The notes below the pieces were generated by a model. The model did not search any database, was not told the DNA's origin, and saw nothing but the letters and a program-made list of their open reading frames with translations. Positions 40,501 through 49,151 of a DNA stretch of 64,000 bases are shown here, in pieces. The position numbers and the translations under genes are program-made. Position 1 is the first letter of the stretch; each line of letters starts with the position of its first letter. Origin of the DNA: Felis catus (lineage: Eukaryota); assembly GCF_018350175.1 (NCBI RefSeq), contig NC_058383.1, positions 24,182,001-24,246,000 on the forward strand, written 5' to 3'.

Positions 40501-43500
40501 TTTATGAAAAGCCCACAGCTAATATCATCCTCAATGGGGAAACACTGAGAGCTTTCCCCCTGAGGTGAGGAACACGACAGGGATGTCTACTCTCACTGCT
40601 GTTGTTTAACATAATGTTGGAAGTGCTAGCATCAGCAATCAGACAACAAAAGGAAATCAAAGGCATCAAAATTGGCAAAGATGATGTCAAGCTTTCACTT
40701 TCTGAAGATGACATGATATCATATGTGGAAAACCTGATAGACTCCACCAAAAGTCTACTAGAACTGATACATGAATTCAGCAAAGTAGCAGGATACAAAA
40801 TCAATGTACAGAATTCAGTTGCATTTTTTTCCCAATATACGAAATTTATTGTCAGATTGGTTTCCATACAACACCCAGTGCTCATCCCAAAAGGTGCCCT
40901 CCTCAATACCCATCACCCACCCCCGTCAACCCTCAGCTTGTTCTCAGTTTTTAAGAGTCTCTTATGCGTTGGCTCCCTCCCACTCTAACCTCTTTTTTTA
41001 TCCTTCCCCTCCCCCATGGGTTTCTGTTAATTTTCTCAGGATCCACATAAGAGTGAAAACATATGGTATCTGTCTTTCTCTGTATGGCTTATTTCACTTA
41101 GCATCACACTCTCCAGTTCCATCCACGTTGCTACAAAGGGCCATATTTCGTTCTTTCTCATTGCCACGTAGTACTCCATTGTGTATATAAACCACAATTT
41201 CTTTATCCGTTCATCAGTTGATGGACATTTAGGCTCTTTCCATAATTTGGCTATTGTTGAGAGTGCTGCTATCAACATTGGGGTACAAGTGCCCCTATGC
41301 ATCAGTACTCCTGTATCCCTTGGGTAAATTCCTAGCACTGCTATTGCTGGGTCATAGGGTAGGTCTATTTTTAATTTTCTGAGGAACCTCTGCACTGTTT
41401 TCCAGAGTGGCTGCACCAATTTGCACCCCCACCAACAGTGCAAGAGGGTTCCCGTTTCTCCACGTCCTCTCCAGCATCTATAGTCTCCTGATTTGTTCAT
41501 CTTGGCCACTCTGACTGGCGTGAGGTGATATCTGAGTGTGGTTTTGATTTATATTTCCCTGATAAGGAGCGACGTTGAGCATCTTTTCATGTGCCTGTTG
41601 GCCATCTGGAGATCTTCTTTAGAGAAGTGTCTATTCATGTTTTCTGCCCATTTCTTCACTGGGTTATTTGTTTTTTGGGTGTGGAGTTTGGTGAGCTCTT
41701 TATAGATTTTGGATACTAGCCCTTTGTCCGATATGTCATTTGCAAATATCTTTTCCCATTCCGTTGCTGGCCTTTTAGTTTTGTTGGTTGTTTCCTTTGC
41801 TGTGCAGAAGCTTTTTATCTTCATGAGGTCCCAGTAGTTCATTTTTGCTTTTAATTGCCTTGCCTTTGGGGATGTGTCGAGTAAGAGATTGCTATGGCTG
41901 AGGTCAGAGAGGTCTTTTCCTGCTTTCTCCTCTAGGGTTTTGATGGTTTCCTGTATCACATTCAGGTACTTCATCCATTTTGAGTTTATTTTTGTGAATG
42001 GTGTGAGAAAGTGGTCTAGTTTCAACCTTCTGCATGTTGCTGTCCAGTTCTCGCAGCACCATTTGTTAAAGAGACTGTCTTTTTTCCATTGGATGTTCTT
42101 TCCTGCTTTGTCAAAGATGAGTTGGCCATACTTTTGTGGGTCTAGTTCTGGGGTTTCTATTCTATTCCATTGGTCTATGTGTCTGTTTTTGTGCCCATAC
42201 CATGCTGTCTTGATGATGACAGCTTTGTAGTAGAGGCTAAAGTTTGGGATTGTGATGCCTCCTGCTTTGGTCTTCTTCAAAATTACTTTGGCTATTTGGG
42301 GCCTTTTGTGGTTTCATATGAATTTTAGGATTGCTTGTTCTAGTTTCGAGAAGAATGCTGGTGCAATTTGGATTGGGATTGCACTGAATGTGTAGATAGC
42401 TTTGGGTAGTATTGACATTTTGACAATATTTGTTCTTCCAATCCATGAGCAGGGAATGTCTTTCCATTTCTTTATATCTTCTTCAATTACTTTCATAAGC
42501 TTTCTATAGTTTTCAGCATACAGATCTGTTACATCTTTGGTTAGGTTTATTCCTAGGTATTTTATGCTTCTTGGTGCAATTGTGAACGGGATCAGTTTCT
42601 TTATTTGTCTTTCTGTTGCTTCATTATTAGTGTACGAGAATGCAACTGATTTCGGTACCTTGATTTTGTATCCTGCAACTTTGCTGAATTCATGTATCAG
42701 TTCTAGCAGAGTTTTGCTGGAGTCTATCGGATTTTCCATGTATAGTATCATGTCATTTGCAGAAAGTGAAAGCTTGACTTCATCTTTGCCAATTTTGATG
42801 CTTTGATTTCCTTTTGTTGTCTGATTGCTGATGCTAGAACTTCCAACAGTATGTTAAACAACAGTGGTGAGAGTGGGCATCCCTGTCGTGTTCCTGATCT
42901 CAGGGAAAAGCTCTCAGTTTTTCCCCATTGACGATGATGTTAGCTGTGGGCTTTTCATAAATGGCTTTTATGATCTTTAAGTATGTTCCTTCTATCCCGA
43001 CTTTCTCAAGGGTTTTTATTAAGAAAGGGTGCTGAATTTTGTCAAAGGCCTTTCTGCATCGATTGACAGGATCATATGGTTCTTTATCTTTTCTTTTATT
43101 AATGTGATGTATCACGTTGATTGATTTGCGAATGTTGAACCAGCCCTGCATCCCAGGAATGAATCCCACTTGATCATGGTGAATAATTCTTTTTATATGC
43201 TGTTGAATTCGATTTGCTAGTATCTTATTGAGAATTTTTGCATCCATATTCATCAGGGATTTTGGCCTGTAGTTCTTTTTTTTACTGGGTCTCTGTCTGG
43301 TTTAGGAACCAAAGTAATACTGGCTTCATAGAATGAGTCTGGAAGTTTTCCTTCCCTTTCTATTTCTTGGAACAGCTTGAGAAGGATAGGTATTATCTCT
43401 GTTTTAAATGTCTGGTAGAACTCCCCTGGGAAGCCATCTGGTCCTGGACTCTTATTTGTTGGGAGATTTTTGATAACCGATTCAATTTCTTCACTGGTTA

Positions 43501-46500
43501 TGGGTCTGTTCAAGCTTTTTATTTCCTCCTGATTGAGTTTGGGAAGCGTGTGGGTGTTTAGGAATTTGTCCATTTCTTCCAGGTTGTCCAATTTATTGGC
43601 ATATACTTTTTCCTAGTATTCCCTGATAATTGCTTGTATCTATGAGGGATTGGTTGCAATAATTCCATTTTCATTCCTGATTTTATCTATTTGGGTCATC
43701 TCCCTTTTCTGTTTGAGAAGCCGGGCTAGAGGTTTATCAATTTTGTTTATTTTCTTAAAAAACCAACTGTTGGTTTTGTTGATCTTCTCTACAGTTTTTT
43801 AGATTGTATATTGTTTATTTCTGCTCTGATCTTTATTATTTCTCTTCTTCTGCCTGGTTTAGGCTGCCTTTGCTGCTCTGTTTCTATTTCCTTTAGGTGT
43901 GCTGTTAGATTTTGTATTTGGGGTTTTTGTTGTTTCTTGAGATAGGCCTGGATTGCAATGTCTTTTCCTCTCAGGACTGCCTTTGCTGCATCCCAAAGCA
44001 TTTGGATTGTTGTATTTTCATTTTCGTTTGTTTCCATATATTTTTTGATGTCTTCTCTAATTGCCTGGTTGACCCACTCATTCTTTAGTAGGGTGTTCTC
44101 TAACATCCATGCTTTTGGAGGTTTTCCAGACTTTTTCCTGTGGTTGATTTCAAGCTTCATAGCATTGTGGTCTGAAAGTATGCATGGTATAAAAGCAATT
44201 CTTGTAAACTTATGAAGGGCTGTTTTGTGACGCAGTATACAATCTATCTTGGAGAATGTCCCATGTGCACTCGAGAAGAAAGTATATTCTGTTGCTTTGG
44301 GATGCAGAGTTCTAAATATATCTGTCAAGTCTATCTGGTCCAATGTATCATTCAGGGCCCTTGTGTCTTTATTGACCGTGTGTCTAGATGTTCCATTCAT
44401 TTCTGTAAGTGGAGCGTTAAAGTCCCCTGCGGTTACCACATTCTTATCAATAAGGTTGCTTATGTTTATGAGTAATTGTTTTATATATTTGGGGACTCCC
44501 GTATTTGGCGCATAGAAATTTATAATTGTTAGCTCTTCCTGATGGATAGACCCTGTAATTATTTTATAATGCCCTTCTTCATCTCTTGTTACAGCCTTTA
44601 ATTTAAAGTCTAGTTTGTCTGGTGTAAGTATGGCTACTCCAGCTCTTTTGACTTCCAGTAGCATCATAGATGATTCTCCACCCCCACACTTTCAATCTGA
44701 AGGTGTCCTCAGGTAAAATGAGTCTCTTGTAGACAGCAAATAGATGGGTCTTATTTTTTTATCCATCCTGATACCTTATGTCTTTTGGCGGCGCATTTAG
44801 TCCATTTACATTCAGTGTTATTATTGAAAGAGATGGGTTTAGAGTCATTGTGATGTCTGTATGTTTTATGCTTGTAGCGATGTCTCTGGTACTTTGTCTC
44901 ACAAGATCCCCCTTAGGATATCTTGTAGGGCTGGTTTAGTGGTGACAAATTCCTTCAGTTTTTGTTTGTTTGGGAAGACCTTTATCTTTCCTTCTATTCT
45001 AAATGACAGAGTTGCTGGATAAGGTTTCTCGGCTACAAATTTTTTCTGTTCAACACATTGAAGATCTCATGCCATTCCTTTCTGGCCTGCCAAGTTTCAA
45101 AAGAGAGATCAGTCACGAGTCTTATAGGTCTCCCTGTATATGTTAGGGCACGTTTATCCCTTGTTGCTTTCAGAATTTTCTCTTTATCCTTGTATTTTGC
45201 CAGTTTCACTATGATATGTCGTGCAGAAGATCGATTCAAGTTACATCTGAAGGGAGTTCTCTGTGCCTCTTGGATTTCAATGCCTTTTTCCTTCGCCAGT
45301 TCAGGGAAGTTCTCAGCTATTATTTCTTCTAGTACACCTTCATCACCTTTCCCTCTCTCTTCCTCCTCTGGGATACCAATTATGCGTATATTATTTCTTT
45401 TTAGTGTATCACTTAGTTCTCTAATTTTCCCCTCATACTCCTGGATTTTTTTAATCTCTCTTTTTCTCAGCTTCCTCTTTTTCCATAATTTTGTCTTCTA
45501 GTTCACCTATTCTCTCCTCTGCCTCTTCAGTCTGAGCTGTGGTCATTTCCATTATATTTGCATCTCGTTTAAAGTGTTTTTCAGCTCCTCCTCACTGTTC
45601 CTTAGTCCCCTGACCTCTGTAGCAAGAGATTCTCTGCTGTCCTCTATACTGTTTTCAAGCCCAGCGATTAAATTTATGACTATTATTCTAAATTCACTTT
45701 GTGTTATATTATTTAAATCCTTTTTGATCAGTTCATTAGCTGTGGTTATTTCCTGGAGATTCTTTTGAGGGGAATTCTTCCGTTTGGTCATTTTGGGTAG
45801 TCCCTGGAGTGGTGCGGACCTGCAGGGCACTTCCCCTGTGCTGTGTTGTATAACTGGAGTTGGTGGGCGGGGTCGCAGTCAGACCTGATGTCTGCCCCCA
45901 GCCCACCGCTGGGGCCACAGTCAGACTGGTGTGTGCCTTCTCTTCCCCTCTCCTAGGGGCAGGATTCACTGTGGGGGTGGCGTGGCCTGTCTGGGCTGCT
46001 TGCACACTGCCAGGCCTGTGGTTCTGGGGATCTGGCGTATTAGCTGGGGTGGGTAGGCAAGGTGCACGGGGGCAGGAGGGGCAGGCTTAGCTCGCTTGTC
46101 CTTAGGTGATCCACTTCAGGAGGGGCCCCTCTTCCATGGGCCTCTCATCTGTGCTTGGCTCTGGAGACTCCATTCTGCTAGTCTTCTGGCGGTTTTCTGG
46201 GTTATTTAGGCAGGTGTAGGTGGAATCTAAGTGATTAGCAGGATGCGCGGTGAGTCCAGCATCCTCCTACGCCGCCATCTTCTGCCGGTCTCTCTCCAGC
46301 ACTTTTTGTATATCATCCATTGCCTTCTGGCCTCCACTATTTCTAAAAATTTTTATAGCTTATTTATTTATTTTGAGATAGATGTAGCATGAGCAGTGCA
46401 GGGGCAAAGAGAGAGGGGGAGAGAGAGAATCCCAAGCAGGCTCTGCTCTGCCAGCACAGAACCCAAGGTGGACCTTGAACCCATGACACATGAGATCATG

Positions 46501-49115
46501 ACCTGAGCCCAAACCAAGGGTCAGACACTTAACTGAGTCACCCAGGTCACCTGGACTCCATTCTTTCTTTTTTTTTCTTTTATTTTTTTTTTAATTTACA
46601 TCCAAATTAGTTAGTGTATAGTGCAACAATGATTTCAGGAGTAGATTCCTTAATGCCCCTTACCCATGTAGCCATCCCCCCTCCCACACCCCCTCCAGTA
46701 ACCCTCTGTTTTTTCTCCATATTTATGAGTCTCTTATGCTTTGTTCCCCTCCCTGTTTTTATATTATTTTTCTTTCCTTTCCCTTATGTTCATCTGTTTT
46801 ATCTCTTAAAGTCCTCATATGAGTAAAATCATATGATATTTGTCTGTCTCTGACTAATTTCACTTAGCATAATACCGTCCAGTTCCATCCATGTAGTTGC
46901 AAATGGCAAGATTTCATTCTTTTTGATTGCTGAGCAATACTCCATTGTATATATATACCACATCTTCTTTATCCATTCATCCACCAATGGACATTTGGGC
47001 TCTTTCCATACTTTGGTTATTGTTGATAGTGCTGCTATAAACATTGGGGTACATTTGCCCTTATGCATCAGCACACCTGTATCTCATGGGTAACCACCTA
47101 GTAGTGAAATGGCTGGGTTGTAGGGTAGTTCTATTTTTAATTTTTTGAGGAAACTCTATACCGTTTCCCAGAGTAGCTGCACCAGCTTGCATTCCCACCA
47201 ACAATGCAAAAGAGATCCTCTTTCTCTGCATCCTCGCCAACCTCTGTTGTTGCCTGGGTTGCTAATGTTAGCCATTCTGACAGGTGTGAGGTGGTATCTC
47301 ATGGTGTTTTTGATTTGTATTTCCCTGATGATGAGTGATGTTGAGAATTTTTTCATGTATCGGTTGGCCATCTGGATGTCTTTTTTTGCAGAAGTGTCTA
47401 TTCATGTTTTTTGCCCATTTCATCACTGGATTACTTGTGTTTTGCGTATTGAGTTTGATAAGTTCTTTATAGATTTTGGATACTAACCCTTTATCTGATA
47501 TGTCGTTTGCAAATATCTTCTCCCATTCTGTCGGTTGCCTTTTGGTTTTGCTGATTGTTTCCTTTGCTGTGCAGAAGCTTTTCATTTTGATGAGGTCCTA
47601 GTAGTTCATTTTTGTTTTTGTTTCCGTTGCCTCCAGAGACGTGTTGAGTAAGAAGTTGCTGTGGCCAAGATCCAAGAGGTTTTTGCCTGCTTTCTCCTCG
47701 AAGATTTTGATGCCTTCCTGTCTTACATTTAGGTCTTTCATGCATGTTGAGTTTATTTTTGTGTCTGGTGTAAGAAAGTGGTCCAGGTTCACTCTTCTGC
47801 ATATCGGTGTCCAGTTTTCCCCGCACCACTTGCTGAAGAGACTGTCTTCATTATTTGTAATGAGAACTCAGCTTCTAGTCCTATTGGGGCACCACTTAAT
47901 GTGACAAATAACTTTTGGCTTGCTGTTTTCAAGATACTCTTTTTCATAATTTTTAGTATAATATTTATGGGTGATTATCTCTTCACATTCATGCTATTTG
48001 AAGTTTGTGGAAATTCTGAGATGTGTATATTAATGTTTTCAGCAAATTTGGTAAGTTTTAATCCATTATTTTGTAGACTACTTTTTAGCTTTGTTCTCTT
48101 TCTCCTCCCCTACATTCTATTACATGTATTCTGGTGCATTTAAAGATATCACAACTTGATTCTTACAGCTTTGTACTAGAGGCTAAAGTCTGGGATTGTG
48201 ATGCCTCCTGCTTTGGCATTCTTCAATATTACTTTGGCTGTTCAGGGTCTTTTGTGGTTCCATAAAAAGTGTAGGAGTGCTTGTCAAGACAGCATGGTAT
48301 TGGCACAAAAACAGACACATAGACCAATGGAATAGAATAGAGACTCCAGAATTGGACCCACAAAAGTATGGCCAACTCATCTTTGACAAAGCAGGAAAGA
48401 ACATCCAATGGAAAAAAGACAGTCTCTTTAACAAATGGTGCAGGGAGAACTGGACAGCAGCATGCAGAAGAATGAAACTAGACCACTTTCTTACACCATT
48501 CAGAAAAACAAACTCAAAATGGATGAAGGACCTGAATGTGAGACAGGAAGCCATCAAAACCCTAGAGGAGAAAGCAGGAAAAAAAGCTCTCTGACCTCAG
48601 CCATAGCAATCTCTTACTCGACACATCCCTAAAGGCAAGGCAATTAAAAGCAAAAATGAACTATTGGGATCTCATTGGGATAAAACCTTCTGCAATGCAA
48701 AGGACACAACCAACCAAACTAAAAGGCAACCAATGGAATGGGAAAAGATATTTGCAAATGACATATCGGACAAAGGGCTAGTATCCAAAATCTATAAAGA
48801 GCTCACCAAACTCCACACCCCAAAAACAAATAATCCAGTGAAGAAATGGGCAGAAAACATGAATAGACACTTCTCTAAAGAAGACCTCCAGATGGCCAGC
48901 AGACACATGAAAAGATGTTCAATGTCACTCCTCATTAGGGAAATACAAACCAAAACCACACTCAGATACCACTTCATGCCAGTCAGAGTGGCTAAAATGA
49001 ACAAATCAGGAGACTATAGATGCTGGAGAGGATGTGGAGAAATGGGAACCCTCTTGCACTGTTGGTGGGAATGCAAACTGGTATAGCCACTCTGGAAAAC
49101 ACTGTGGAGGTTCCT

Positions 49116-49151
<36 letters not shown>

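Noticed and set aside
40502..40988. ORFs spanning the L1-B/L1-C junction
   Set aside because: Sense/antisense junction artefacts.
29131..46295. Long L1 ORFs (230-308 aa) suggesting active elements
   Set aside because: Every copy has stops or frameshifts, and A and C have a mutated RT catalytic motif, so none is autonomous.
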